From Candidatus Levybacteria bacterium RIFCSPHIGHO2_01_FULL_37_17 (GTDB lineage Bacteria; Patescibacteriota; Microgenomatia; Levybacterales; UBA12049), in assembly GCA_001782035.1 (NCBI GenBank), contig MFNL01000001.1, positions 2,643 through 66,642 of the forward strand: a stretch of 64,000 nucleotides of DNA, written 5' to 3'. The notes under the pieces are model-generated. The model was given only the letters and a program-made list of their open reading frames with translations, made no database searches and was not told the origin of the DNA. A program made the translations under genes and the position numbers. Positions 1-9,258 of the stretch are shown in pieces (within the stretch, counting starts at the first letter, position 1; every line of letters starts with the position of its first letter).

Positions 1-230
1 AAATCGTGCGTATAATAGTCGAGTAACAAATGGTATTTGAGTCCTTCTACAATTGGTTTGAATCTTGAATCGAGTGTTAAAGAATAAGCAAATTCGGAGT
101 GTATTTTATTTCTGTCAATTTTTCCTTTTGATGTCCAGGCAATGTCAGGGAAAATAGATGCAAATAAAAGATCGGCATTTTCGCTCTTGGAAAGAAAATT
201 GGCATGATAAACATGAGCTTGTGCAAACAT
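1..230 (-). CDS. Partial putative metal-dependent hydrolase (Zn phospholipase C-like), runs off window start
   Basis: Not in ORF track. Manual translation MFAQAHVYH...SIFPDIAW...KIHS...GLKYHLLLDYYTHD shows an H/PD/H/HxxxD..TH metal-ligand pattern. TATAAT lies 6 nt before the ATG. Confidence 0.55.
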   Translation of the reverse strand, partial: MFAQAHVYHANFLSKSENADLLFASIFPDIAWTSKGKIDRNKIHSEFAYSLTLDSRFKPIVEGLKYHLLLDYYTHD

Positions 231-272
231 AGAGGAATTATATCACTTCCTCTTTTTGGTAGAATACAGTTT

Positions 273-1109
273 ATGAATCTAGTGGCTTTGGGAAATGTTT
301 GTATAGACAAAAACAAAATTGAGAAAAGTCTCTACAAAAGCGCAGGCGGCCCCCCAAAATTTATGTCTTTATTTTTTAGCAAGGTGAAAGACGCCTCTTT
401 TGGAATAATTGCCTCATATGGAGCTGATTTTTTGCCTTATAAAAAAGGCTTGAATCTGTATCCGTTAAGGCCTAATGCTTCCAATACTTTAGTTTATGAA
501 AATATTATAAAAAACAGAAAAAGAACTCAGAAATGCCATTTTTATAAAGAGGCCTTACCACCTGTTATTGATAAAAACATAACAAATATTATAAGAAAAT
601 CAGATGTTTTATTTATAACGCCTCTTATTCCCCATTTTCCTGTTGAATATATTAAAAAGGCAGTAAAAATAGTCGGCAAGAATTGTTTGAAAATGCTACT
701 TCCGCAAGGCTATTTTAGGCAATTTGATGCCAACGGCAACGTACTTTTTAGAGAATTTAAAGAAGCAGAGGTAATTTTGCCGCTAGTTGATATTGTTATT
801 TTGAGTGACCAGGACTATCCAAACATAGAAAAATTGGCTTTGGAATGGAGTAACAAATACGGCACAACTTTTATAATTACAAAAGCCCATAAAGGAGCAA
901 CAGTGATTAATAAGAATAGAAGATCAATAATTAAGGTCAACCCTATTCCTGCCAAGCAAATTTTTGACTCAATTGGAGCAGGAGATGTCTTTGCTGCTGC
1001 ATTTGGGTATTACTATTTTAAAAACAAAGACCTGCTAAAATCGGTCAAATTAGCAAACCAAGCAGCGAGGGAAAAATTAATTTTGAATGCCACTATTCTG
1101 TCGCAATGA
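273..1109 (+). CDS. PfkB/ribokinase family carbohydrate kinase
   Basis: N-terminal GGP and C-terminal DSIGAGDVFAAAF PfkB signature. Start moved from 204 to ATG 273, which follows TAGAAT. Confidence 0.85.
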   Translation: MNLVALGNVCIDKNKIEKSLYKSAGGPPKFMSLFFSKVKDASFGIIASYGADFLPYKKGLNLYPLRPNASNTLVYENIIKNRKRTQKCHFYKEALPPVIDKNITNIIRKSDVLFITPLIPHFPVEYIKKAVKIVGKNCLKMLLPQGYFRQFDANGNVLFREFKEAEVILPLVDIVILSDQDYPNIEKLALEWSNKYGTTFIITKAHKGATVINKNRRSIIKVNPIPAKQIFDSIGAGDVFAAAFGYYYFKNKDLLKSVKLANQAAREKLILNATILSQ

Positions 1110-1640
1110 TCCAATTTGTGCTTGCCATCTTGGATACCATTCATCAATCATTTGGTAGTTTAAACCAAGTCTTGTTTGATGTGGTTGTCTAATAGTTGAT
1201 CTCGCAACCAAATCGTTTACAGCAAGCTCGACCGTTCTATTGATAATACGGACTTGCTCCTCTCCAATTGCTGCGACCTTATCAATTGATTCTCTTAGCC
1301 GCCCTTCTGCAGTGCGGCTTGCTTTTTCATAATCATCTCCCAATTTTACTAACCTCGAAAACAGTGGGATCCTTGATATATCTATTCTTTGTGGAAGTCG
1401 TGAGATAAAAGTCATGTCGTAATTGTCTGTTCTAATAATCCTTAATGCGAGGTTTTCTTTGAAAAGATACGTTTCGTTTCCTTTTAAACCCAACTTATCA
1501 AAAATTTCATATTTAGCACATACCATTTCTGCTCTTTGTCGGCCCCTTTCTATGATATGACCAACAAGCTCAGAGTCTTGCTTTTCCCTATTAATTGCAG
1601 CTGCTCTTGCTAAACCAGCAGAAGATCTCTCGTTTTTCAC
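1077..1640 (-). CDS. Hypothetical orphan protein
   Basis: 187-aa ORF with GTG start and TATAAT just upstream; 3' end overlaps the pfkB 3' end. Confidence 0.6.
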   Translation of the reverse strand: MKNERSSAGLARAAAINREKQDSELVGHIIERGRQRAEMVCAKYEIFDKLGLKGNETYLFKENLALRIIRTDNYDMTFISRLPQRIDISRIPLFSRLVKLGDDYEKASRTAEGRLRESIDKVAAIGEEQVRIINRTVELAVNDLVARSTIRQPHQTRLGLNYQMIDEWYPRWQAQIGSLRQNSGIQN

Positions 1641-1677
1641 AAAGAAGAATTATATAGGTTTTTAACTAAATTGCAAC

Positions 1678-1872
1678 TTATTTCTTATTTGCGGGATTAA
1701 CCATCCAGTCCCATGCAATACCTACTACAACTAACGCAATTCCTCCCCACAAAAGATAGGCTGTTAAGCTTGGGACAAAATATAAAACCAATAAAGCTAT
1801 ACCACCACCTGTTACCAAATGGGCAAGTGAATGCGGCTTCATGCACTCTTGCATCATTTTATCCATGTTCAT
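1678..1872 (-). CDS. Small two-TM membrane protein
   Basis: 64 aa, two hydrophobic helices, strong SD GGGGGTGA upstream. Confidence 0.7.
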   Translation of the reverse strand: MNMDKMMQECMKPHSLAHLVTGGGIALLVLYFVPSLTAYLLWGGIALVVVGIAWDWMVNPANKK

Positions 1873-1886
1873 TCAAATCACCCCCT

Positions 1887-2081
1887 TTAAATAAATTTAC
1901 CGTGTTTGCAACCAAAATACGAAAGAACTGCGGCAATTACAAATCCAAAATAGCTAGCCCACATGGGAATTTCGTATGGTCCAATACTAACGCTCCAGTT
2001 AAATAAAACTCTTAGCAGGTGAAAGGCGGCCACAAGTCCGAAAATGATTCCGGCTACTCGAAAATAATTTTGCGAAGTCAA
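1887..2081 (-). CDS. Small two-TM membrane protein
   Basis: Hydrophobic ORF with AAFHLLR motif; SD GGAGGTGA places the start at TTG 2081 rather than 2096. Confidence 0.7.
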   Translation of the reverse strand: MTSQNYFRVAGIIFGLVAAFHLLRVLFNWSVSIGPYEIPMWASYFGFVIAAVLSYFGCKHGKFI

Positions 2082-2130
2082 ATTAATCACCTCCAATATC
2101 AGTGTTTCAGAAGCAGTCTAAATTGTCAAA

Positions 2131-3315
2131 TTAGTGCGGAGTTGGGGTTGGTGTTCCGGTTTTTGTCGGAGAAGGATAATATGTTGGCGTTGGCGTTCGT
2201 GTTGGAGAATAATTTGGAGTTGGAGTCGGAGTGGATTGAAAATATATGTTAAGCGTTGGCCAATTAAGATTATTTGAATTTTCTCTTGAGTAGAATATCA
2301 CATTGTCCGCCGAATCTGTCTGTAATCCAAGAGTTGCTAGTTTTCCTTGGTTTGCTTTAACCCAACTTGTAACGTCGAAGTAAACCAATGAATTTTTAAA
2401 GGCTTTTTTAACAGCACTGATACTTTGACCGATTGCTGGAGCGTTTTTATAAGTAATAGAAGTTTCAGACCACGAACTGTTTGAAACAGACTTAATGCTT
2501 TGAGTACCGTTTGACGCTGCGGCATTTGAATTTATTACTCTCATTGTAAGTGTAGCATTTGTAATTTTCCTGCCTGCAGTGCTTTTTAGATCAAACTTTA
2601 AATAAGAGTTAAATTTTGGACTTTTGTCGGCCCGCAGTGTTGTTTCCTTACCATAATTTTTATTGATATCCGACCTTACATATGCATCGGCAATTGGAGA
2701 TAGGGTGGAAGTAGTCGGAACCGGAGTAGATGTTGGGGTCGGGGTAGTCGACAATGTTGAAGTTGGCGTAATAGTTGCAGAAATTGTGGCAACAGGAGTT
2801 GGAGTAATGCTTGCGCAGGATGGCAATACGCTTGAATTATCCGAGACTACGACTTGAGTTGATTTAGTAATTGTTTGAAGCCCGTCTCTTGCTATAACTG
2901 TAAGCTGTGCGCAGCCGACTTCAAGCGCCGTTAGTTCTGTGATTTGTCCATTTATTAAAGACAATCTAGCAGCCGAGCTTGCAGAACTCATGCTCCATTC
3001 ATAAACTACTCCTGAATTAACCGGACTGCCATTCCCATCAAATGCCAAAGTCGAAAGAGCTTGTGTTTGACCCTTTAACATAAATACTATCCCTGGATGA
3101 ATGTCGACCCTTGCTATTCCCCCGCCCCCTGCGCTGCTTCGGGTCGAAAGCGTAATCGTAGTTATTGCTCCCGCAAATGTTAAAAAAAGAACTGTTGTGA
3201 CAACTAATGTTTTGGAGAATTTATCCAAAGAAGAAAACTTTTCCCAAAAAGCTTTAAGGGGATTTTGTTTTAAATCAGAATCTGTCCCGCCACCAGTTGC
3301 AATAATCTTTGGCAT
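2131..3315 (-). CDS. Membrane-anchored surface protein: Ig-like domain, Pro/Thr linkers, DNRLRE (CBM96-like) domain
   Basis: N-terminal TM; Big_2-like YEWS...ALEVGCAQLTV; IADAYVRS..NYG..SYLKFDL..WSETSITY..FDVT..SRE pattern; PT repeats. Confidence 0.75.
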   Translation of the reverse strand: MPKIIATGGGTDSDLKQNPLKAFWEKFSSLDKFSKTLVVTTVLFLTFAGAITTITLSTRSSAGGGGIARVDIHPGIVFMLKGQTQALSTLAFDGNGSPVNSGVVYEWSMSSASSAARLSLINGQITELTALEVGCAQLTVIARDGLQTITKSTQVVVSDNSSVLPSCASITPTPVATISATITPTSTLSTTPTPTSTPVPTTSTLSPIADAYVRSDINKNYGKETTLRADKSPKFNSYLKFDLKSTAGRKITNATLTMRVINSNAAASNGTQSIKSVSNSSWSETSITYKNAPAIGQSISAVKKAFKNSLVYFDVTSWVKANQGKLATLGLQTDSADNVIFYSRENSNNLNWPTLNIYFQSTPTPTPNYSPTRTPTPTYYPSPTKTGTPTPTPH

Positions 3316-3358
3316 TCTCAATAATAGTGTGGTTTCCCCAACTGCTTGTCAAGTAGAA

Positions 3359-4297
3359 TTATCTTTGGTGATGTTCGATTGGCTGCTCTTCCATTCCATC
3401 TAACCATTTTTCAGCTTCAAGTGCTGCCGCAGAACCGTATCCTGCTGCAGTTACTGCCTGTTTATAATGGGAGTCATGTATGTCTCCTGCAACAAAAATG
3501 CCCTCTTTATTTGTTAAGTAATGTTCGTGAACCTTAATAAAACCGGCCTCATCTGTTTCTATATCTTTGAATTTTGCAGAGTTTGGAATGTGTCCAATGG
3601 CTACAAAAACACCGTCAATGGGCATATCGTAAGTCTCATTAGTTTTATTATTGAACAGGATTACAGACTGAACTCGGCCTTCACCCTTAATTTCTTTGAC
3701 CTCGCAGTTCCATAAAACTTTTATTTTAGGATTATCTAAAACTCTTTTTTGCATTATTTCCGAAGCCCTGAAAGAGTCTTTTCGGTGAACTATAGTAACC
3801 GAGGTTGCGAATTTAGATAAAACTGTCGCCTCCTCCATCGCACTGTCGCCTCCTCCAACTACTATTGTATTTTTGTTTCTGAAAAATACGCCGTCGCATG
3901 GAGCACACGAGCTTACTCCTCTTCCGATTTTATCCGCTTCTCCCGGAACCTCTAACCATTTTGTTTCTGCTCCCGTTGCAATAATTATTGCCTTTCCCTC
4001 GTATGTTTTTTCTCCTACGGTCACTTTAAAAGGCTTTTTTGAAAAATCAACGGACTCAAAATCCAAATCTATAAACTCTGTGCCAAACCTTTCTGCTTGT
4101 TTTCGCATAGCAGTCATTAAATCCGGCCCTTGAATGCCTTCCGGAAATCCGGGATAATTCTCAACTAAAGTAGTTAATTGGAGCTGTCCGCCCCATTTGA
4201 CGCCGGCTATAAGAAGCGTTTTTAAATCCGCCCTTGTTGTATAAATTGCTGCAGTTAAGCCAGCGGGGCCTGAGCCAAGAATTATGACGTCGTACAT
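3359..4297 (-). CDS. trxB: Thioredoxin-disulfide reductase
   Basis: GSGPAG FAD motif, CAPCDG redox site, GGGDSA NADPH motif. Confidence 0.97.
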   Translation of the reverse strand: MYDVIILGSGPAGLTAAIYTTRADLKTLLIAGVKWGGQLQLTTLVENYPGFPEGIQGPDLMTAMRKQAERFGTEFIDLDFESVDFSKKPFKVTVGEKTYEGKAIIIATGAETKWLEVPGEADKIGRGVSSCAPCDGVFFRNKNTIVVGGGDSAMEEATVLSKFATSVTIVHRKDSFRASEIMQKRVLDNPKIKVLWNCEVKEIKGEGRVQSVILFNNKTNETYDMPIDGVFVAIGHIPNSAKFKDIETDEAGFIKVHEHYLTNKEGIFVAGDIHDSHYKQAVTAAGYGSAAALEAEKWLDGMEEQPIEHHQR

Positions 4298-4300
4298 AAA

Positions 4301-4627
4301 TTATGAGGCAAGGACTGCGTCTATTTCCTTAGTATAATTGTCTTTGCTTTGGGCGCCAATCATGGTTTTAACCGGTTGTCCGTTTTTAAACAAAACAACA
4401 CTTGGTATACTCATTATTCCATAGTTTTGAGCTGTAATCCCGTTTGCGTCTACATCCATTTTGCCTACCTTTATTTTTCCGCTATAGTCTTTTGCAAGCT
4501 CTTCAACAATCGGGCTTACAATTCTGCATGGGACGCACCATGCAGCCCAAAAATCAACCACAACCGGGGTTTGGGATTGCAGTACTTCCTCTGCAAAGTT
4601 CTGATCTGTAAAAGTAAGGTCTGCCAT
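4301..4627 (-). CDS. trxA: Thioredoxin
   Basis: DFWAAWCVPC, IMSIP, 108 aa, adjacent to trxB. Confidence 0.96.
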   Translation of the reverse strand: MADLTFTDQNFAEEVLQSQTPVVVDFWAAWCVPCRIVSPIVEELAKDYSGKIKVGKMDVDANGITAQNYGIMSIPSVVLFKNGQPVKTMIGAQSKDNYTKEIDAVLAS

Positions 4628-4715
4628 TTCTACAATAGGATAACCAAAGACAAGGTTTTAGTCAACTAGTGAAATTATATACAATTATAAAAGGTATAAA
4701 AGGCGATGAACAATA

Positions 4716-5711
4716 TTATTGTCCAACTATGTTTACTAGAGCACCATTTAAGTAGCTTTTTATATTCGCATTATTTGTGTCCAAAATCTCATGCAAAGCC
4801 TCCGTACTATTAAAAGCATTATGCGGTGTAACAATTACATCGTCTCTTTGCAAAAGCACATGATTTATCAATTCTGTTTTATAGTCCTCGTTTGCAAGAA
4901 AATGTTTTGATAAAAATTGTCTTTCTTCCTTTAACTGCCCTTCTTCTTCCAAAACATCTAGCCCTGCTCCTTTTATAATGCCCTGCTCCAAGCCATAAAG
5001 AATTGCTTGTGTTTCAACCAATGCGCCTCTTGCCGTATTAATCAGGAAAGTTCCTTTTTTAAAATTGTTAATATTTTGCATATTTATAATATGCTCTGTC
5101 TCTTTAGTGTGCGGCAGATGGAGAGTTATGATGTCAGACAATGAGAGAACTTCATCGAGTGGCTTATAGACTACTCCCTTTTCTACTAAACCGGAGTCTT
5201 CATGATGATTATATGCCAACACCTTCATCCCCAAAGAAAGGGCTATTTCGCAAACGTTAGCCCCGATATGTCCAGTCCCCAAAACTCCCAAAGTTTTTCC
5301 GAACAAATCAAAGCCTGTTAGACCAACGCTATCGAAATTTCCTTTTTTCGCCCTCTCAACAGAGGGAATAATTTTCCTTGAAAGAGCTAGAATAAGGGAA
5401 AAAGTGTGCTCGGCAACAGTATGAGCGCCATAGTTTGGCACGTAAGAAACCGTAATATTTTTTGCTTTGCAGGCCTCTAAATCTATATGATCATAACCCA
5501 TAGAGCGTGTGCTGATAAATTTTAAATTGGGCAGTTTTGAAATAAGCTCTGCGGTAATTTCCGAATATATAAAAATAGAAATAACTTCAGAATCAGCAAA
5601 TTTAGCCGCCGCATCTTGAGTAAGTTTTTCTTCGCTAAACGCTGCGTCAGGAAACTGTTTGCTAATGTATTCTTTTTCCCAATCTTCAATTTCGAAAAAA
5701 ACTATTTTCAT
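4716..5711 (-). CDS. D-2-hydroxyacid dehydrogenase (D-lactate dehydrogenase-like)
   Basis: VAEH, GTGHIG, INTARG, LDVLEEE, TPHNAF motifs. Confidence 0.9.
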   Translation of the reverse strand: MKIVFFEIEDWEKEYISKQFPDAAFSEEKLTQDAAAKFADSEVISIFIYSEITAELISKLPNLKFISTRSMGYDHIDLEACKAKNITVSYVPNYGAHTVAEHTFSLILALSRKIIPSVERAKKGNFDSVGLTGFDLFGKTLGVLGTGHIGANVCEIALSLGMKVLAYNHHEDSGLVEKGVVYKPLDEVLSLSDIITLHLPHTKETEHIINMQNINNFKKGTFLINTARGALVETQAILYGLEQGIIKGAGLDVLEEEGQLKEERQFLSKHFLANEDYKTELINHVLLQRDDVIVTPHNAFNSTEALHEILDTNNANIKSYLNGALVNIVGQ

Positions 5712-6232
5712 TTTTTTAATTTTTTAGAAAGCATTGGCATTAAAAATCTATCCAAGCCTAACGCGCCTGATTTTTTCCAAAATGCCAAAATAACCAGCTC
5801 GCCCAAAAGCAAAACCGGATTTGTACTGACTGTCCCTGCAAAAAGATAATTGAAGTTCATAAAGGCCCCAAAAAAGGCTGCAAAAGGAGTTAGTGCACCT
5901 AAAATCAACCCTAATCCAACCGCTACTTCCCCAAAAGAAACAAGATAAGAAAATACTACTTTGTTTGGAAGGGCAATATTTTTGACAAATTCTGCGTACC
6001 ACCACTGGACACTTGGATGCTCTCCGCCTGTTTTTGTCAAGGCGCTTGTTAAAAATCCGCCAATCGCAGTTCCTGCTTTATCTCCTACCCAAGATGAACT
6101 GGTGATTTTTTCAAAACCTGCCGAAAGCCATTGCCATCCGACGTAAACTCGTATTAATAAAAGAACTATCGGAAGCAGTAAATTTTTACTCACTAATAAA
6201 AGCGTAACACAATTGTAATACTTTTCAAACAA
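5708..6232 (-). CDS. DoxX/DoxD family membrane protein
   Basis: RVYVGWQWLSAGFEK, GEVAVGLGLILG, MNFNYLFAG; stop overlaps the LDH start (ATGA). Confidence 0.85.
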   Translation of the reverse strand: MFEKYYNCVTLLLVSKNLLLPIVLLLIRVYVGWQWLSAGFEKITSSSWVGDKAGTAIGGFLTSALTKTGGEHPSVQWWYAEFVKNIALPNKVVFSYLVSFGEVAVGLGLILGALTPFAAFFGAFMNFNYLFAGTVSTNPVLLLGELVILAFWKKSGALGLDRFLMPMLSKKLKK

Positions 6233-6267
6233 GTGCGTTATATTTTTAAAATAGGGAGGAGGTGAAA

Positions 6268-6462
6268 ATGCAAGCTATAAATTTAGAGTTTTCTTTAGGC
6301 AACTTTAACAGTTTTTTCGATTTTAAACAGCTGTTTGAAAAAATCAAAAAATCATTTGAAAAAGAGCAACGTGACATGCTATTTCACAGAAGGGCAAAAA
6401 GGCAGGTACAGGAATATTTTGACGTTATGAAATTCTTTTTTACCTCACCTGACCGCATTTAA
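6268..6462 (+). CDS. Small hypothetical protein
   Basis: Strong SD GGAGGAGGTG before ATG 6268. Confidence 0.55.
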   Translation: MQAINLEFSLGNFNSFFDFKQLFEKIKKSFEKEQRDMLFHRRAKRQVQEYFDVMKFFFTSPDRI

Positions 6463-6465
6463 GCC

Positions 6466-6495
6466 TTGACAATGCTTTTTTAAAACTTATATACT
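6466..6495 (+). promoter_or_regulatory. Sigma70-type promoter of the DsbA-family gene (probably leaderless)
   Basis: TTGACA-18-TATACT, ATG 6 nt downstream. Confidence 0.7.
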
Positions 6496-6501
6496 GCCTT
6501 T

Positions 6502-7335
6502 ATGGCAAAATCTCCAAACGCGCTAAAAAATATCTCCAAAACCGTATCCTCACTTAGAAAATACCAACCCAAATCCTATACCCCAATTCTTGCTATCCTT
6601 CTTATTGTCGCAGCTTTTTTAGTAGGCGTATTGTTTACAAAAGTGCAATACCTTGAAAAAGGCAGCACAACTGTTAATACAAACGTAACAAGCACAGATG
6701 GAACGACTCAGGCTCCATCCGTTTCAATTGAAAGTATCAAAGGGTTATTTAAAAAGGGGAATATATATTTTGGCGACGCAAATAAAAAGAACTTATTTGT
6801 AGAAGTAGCAGATCCAAGCTGTCCATACTGTCATATAGCAGCAGGGCTTAATCCTGAGCTTTCAAAACAGGTCGGGCCAAACTTTACTTATAAATCAGAT
6901 GGAGGAAGCTATGTACCCCCAGTTATAGAAATGAAAAAATTAGTTGATTCGGGACAAGCCGGCTTTGTATGGATTTACACTCCAGGACATGGAAATGGCG
7001 AGATGGGGACTAAGGCTTTATATTGCGCTTATGAGGTTGGGAAATTTTGGGAAGTACACGATAAGCTAATGACAAACGAGGGATACGATTTGCTCAATAA
7101 TGTCGTGTTAAATGATAAAACAAAATCAGGGGAACTGGTAAATTTCTTGTCTTCGGTGATTGATTCTTCAGCACTTAAACAATGTGTGGAAAGCGGAAAA
7201 TACGATAACAAATTAAGCGATGATACTTCTGTTGCACAAACCTTAGGTATAACAGGCACTCCCGGATTTTATATCAATACTACGCTATTTGGCGGAGCCT
7301 ACTCCTGGACAGATATGGAATCAGCCCTCAAATAA
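6502..7335 (+). CDS. Membrane-anchored DsbA-family thiol-disulfide oxidoreductase
   Basis: N-terminal TM, DPSCPYC active site, GITGTPGF cis-Pro loop. Confidence 0.9.
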   Translation: MAKSPNALKNISKTVSSLRKYQPKSYTPILAILLIVAAFLVGVLFTKVQYLEKGSTTVNTNVTSTDGTTQAPSVSIESIKGLFKKGNIYFGDANKKNLFVEVADPSCPYCHIAAGLNPELSKQVGPNFTYKSDGGSYVPPVIEMKKLVDSGQAGFVWIYTPGHGNGEMGTKALYCAYEVGKFWEVHDKLMTNEGYDLLNNVVLNDKTKSGELVNFLSSVIDSSALKQCVESGKYDNKLSDDTSVAQTLGITGTPGFYINTTLFGGAYSWTDMESALK

Positions 7336-7338
7336 ATT

Positions 7339-8118
7339 TTATCCATGAGGAATATAAGAAGTTGCAAGAAAGATAGAAACGATTCCCAAAATTAAAAATA
7401 AACTCTCCCAAAAAGCATAACCTTCTTTTTCTTCGTGATGAATTTCTGGTAAAAGATTAGTTAGAGCGATGTATAAAAAGAACCCTGTTGTTAAAGACAA
7501 AGAATATGGAATTATCCCCTCAATTCTTTCCCCTATAAAAAATGCTAGCAGCCCTCCGGCAACTGACAAAAGTGCTGAAAATATATTTATGATCAAAACT
7601 TTTTTCCTCTTCATTCCTTCATGAAGAAGAATTGCAAAGTCTCCTATTTCCTGTGGAATTTCGTGCGCAACAGTTGCAAAAGTTGTTATTAAACCAGCAG
7701 CCGGATTCACAATATAGGTAATTGAAATTACAACTCCATCAATAAAATTATGTACGCTATCACCTAAGATAACTAAGGGAATATTAACAGAGGTGTGTTT
7801 GCCTTTATTGACTTTTTGATGGTATTGAAACCAATGAATTCCCCTGTCTAAAAGATAAAAAAACAACATTCCGCCCAAAACCCAGAGAAAAACGTTAATT
7901 TCGCCACCTCCTGCATTTGCTACCTCTTCTGCGTGCTCTAGCGCTTCCGGTAAAAGTTCGAAAAAAGCAGTTCCCAAAAGCGCACCAGCTGCAAAAGATA
8001 CCAAAAGATGCACCAAGCCTTTGGAGATCTTTTTACCCAATAGAAGAAGTACGCCTCCTACAAGGGCTCCTACTCCTCCAACTAAGGTTAAAATAATAAT
8101 TACTTCGACTTGAGGCAT
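7339..8118 (-). CDS. ZIP family zinc/metal transporter
   Basis: SFAAGALL, DSVHNFIDG, HEIPQEIGD, LLPE motifs. Confidence 0.93.
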   Translation of the reverse strand: MPQVEVIIILTLVGGVGALVGGVLLLLGKKISKGLVHLLVSFAAGALLGTAFFELLPEALEHAEEVANAGGGEINVFLWVLGGMLFFYLLDRGIHWFQYHQKVNKGKHTSVNIPLVILGDSVHNFIDGVVISITYIVNPAAGLITTFATVAHEIPQEIGDFAILLHEGMKRKKVLIINIFSALLSVAGGLLAFFIGERIEGIIPYSLSLTTGFFLYIALTNLLPEIHHEEKEGYAFWESLFLILGIVSIFLATSYIPHG

Positions 8119-8143
8119 AATATGTGGATTATAGCATGGGTCA

Positions 8144-8182
8144 CAGGCATAAGGGAAACCAAAAGGTCTCCCCTAATGCTTG
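8144..8182 (-). terminator. Stem-loop downstream of the 58-aa ORF (terminator or stabiliser)
   Basis: TAGGGGAGACC-TTTT-GGTTTCCCTTA, an 11-bp stem with G-U pairs, extendable. Confidence 0.6.
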
Positions 8183-8198
8183 TTAATTTCGGGTCCAA

Positions 8199-8375
8199 TT
8201 ATACAGACGCTGAGTCGTAATCGGCTTTGCTTACAAACTTTGTAAGCATTCTTCCATCGGAGGTTTTTCCTCTTAATGCGTATCTGGTTTGGCCATTTAC
8301 GTTATATTCTTTTCTCTCTGTAACCTCTGCGTCAACCTTTCTTCTTAATTTGACATCGTAAAATGTTGCGTTCAT
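8199..8375 (-). CDS. 58-aa basic protein resembling archaeal CC1-type chromatin proteins
   Basis: Not in ORF track. MNATFYDVKLRRKVDAEVTERKEYNVNGQTRYALRGKTSDGRMLTKFVSKADYDSASV, with SD GGGGGTGA, its own promoter and a downstream hairpin. Confidence 0.8.
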   Translation of the reverse strand: MNATFYDVKLRRKVDAEVTERKEYNVNGQTRYALRGKTSDGRMLTKFVSKADYDSASV

Positions 8376-8401
8376 TTAATCACCCCCTTTGTAGCTTTTA
8401 A

Positions 8402-8431
8402 ATATTAGTTCAGTTGAGGCTGATTTGTCAA
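8402..8431 (-). promoter_or_regulatory. Sigma70 promoter of the 58-aa gene
   Basis: TTGACA-18-TAATAT on the minus strand. Confidence 0.65.
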
Positions 8432-8449
8432 GTAGGAATCGAGGCTAAA

Positions 8450-8716
8450 CTACAGGATTAAAAAATCGTTAAGGGTTTCTTTATCTTCCGCCCATTCAAC
8501 AACTACATCTTTGACGTCTGAAAATATATTGCCCTGCTCTATTATTTTAATAAGCTCTACAATTTTTTCTTTATCTCCTTGTACAAGAACTTCTACTCGG
8601 GAGTCCGGCAAGTTTTTAACCCAGCCAGATAGTCCGAGCTGGTTTGCTTTTTTAGCTATGAATCGCCGCATTCCTACGCCTTGTACAAAACCTAAAATAA
8701 TTATATGAGCACTCAT
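8450..8716 (-). CDS. acyP: Acylphosphatase
   Basis: VQGVGMR, GWVKN.PD.RVEV. Confidence 0.92.
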   Translation of the reverse strand: MSAHIIILGFVQGVGMRRFIAKKANQLGLSGWVKNLPDSRVEVLVQGDKEKIVELIKIIEQGNIFSDVKDVVVEWAEDKETLNDFLIL

Positions 8717-9258
8717 TTAAAGTGGAAATCTCCAATGTAGGCTAAGATAAGAAACCGCAAAAGCCTTCCTGTAAAAACGATCAAGAAATATTTTTTCAGG
8801 TCATATTTAAAAAAGCCTACAATAAGAGCTGCTCCGTCAAATATGGGATTTGGTATAAAAGATAAAATAAAAATAAGTGGGGTTGAATAAACCTTAAAAA
8901 TATCTTCAAGCACTCTAAACCAAAGCCTTTTTTCTAGTTTCCTCATCACTATATGTCTAGTTGAATAACCAAAGAAAAAAGACACAGCATCCCCAAAAGC
9001 AGTTCCAAGCGCTGCAACAATTGCAACTAAAACAGGTGGATAGACACTTCCTCCTGCAATAACAGTAAGAAAAGCAGGTCCGGAAATAAAAAATGTTGCA
9101 CTCGAGAAGAAGTTAATTAATAAAATACCAAGAAGGCCTAACGTTTGGCCGTCTTTGAATTGTTCTCTAAAAATAAAGGCAAGAATAGAAACTAAAGTTG
9201 AGAAAACAAAAAGAAAAATCCCAAATGCTTTTTCGTTATTTTTGAAAACTTTTATCAT
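8713..9258 (-). CDS. DedA/VTT (SNARE-associated) membrane protein
   Basis: Hydrophobic; GTAFGDAVSFFFG, FIPNP.FD, GRLLR. Confidence 0.8.
   Translation of the reverse strand: MIKVFKNNEKAFGIFLFVFSTLVSILAFIFREQFKDGQTLGLLGILLINFFSSATFFISGPAFLTVIAGGSVYPPVLVAIVAALGTAFGDAVSFFFGYSTRHIVMRKLEKRLWFRVLEDIFKVYSTPLIFILSFIPNPIFDGAALIVGFFKYDLKKYFLIVFTGRLLRFLILAYIGDFHFK

Noticed and set aside
77-316. 79-aa ORF from the track
   Set aside because: A different frame (start 230) gives a motif-bearing protein with a promoter; this ORF also overlaps pfkB
2134-2235. Repetitive DNA as a CRISPR or VNTR
   Set aside because: It is coding Pro/Thr low-complexity sequence with no repeat-spacer structure and no cas genes
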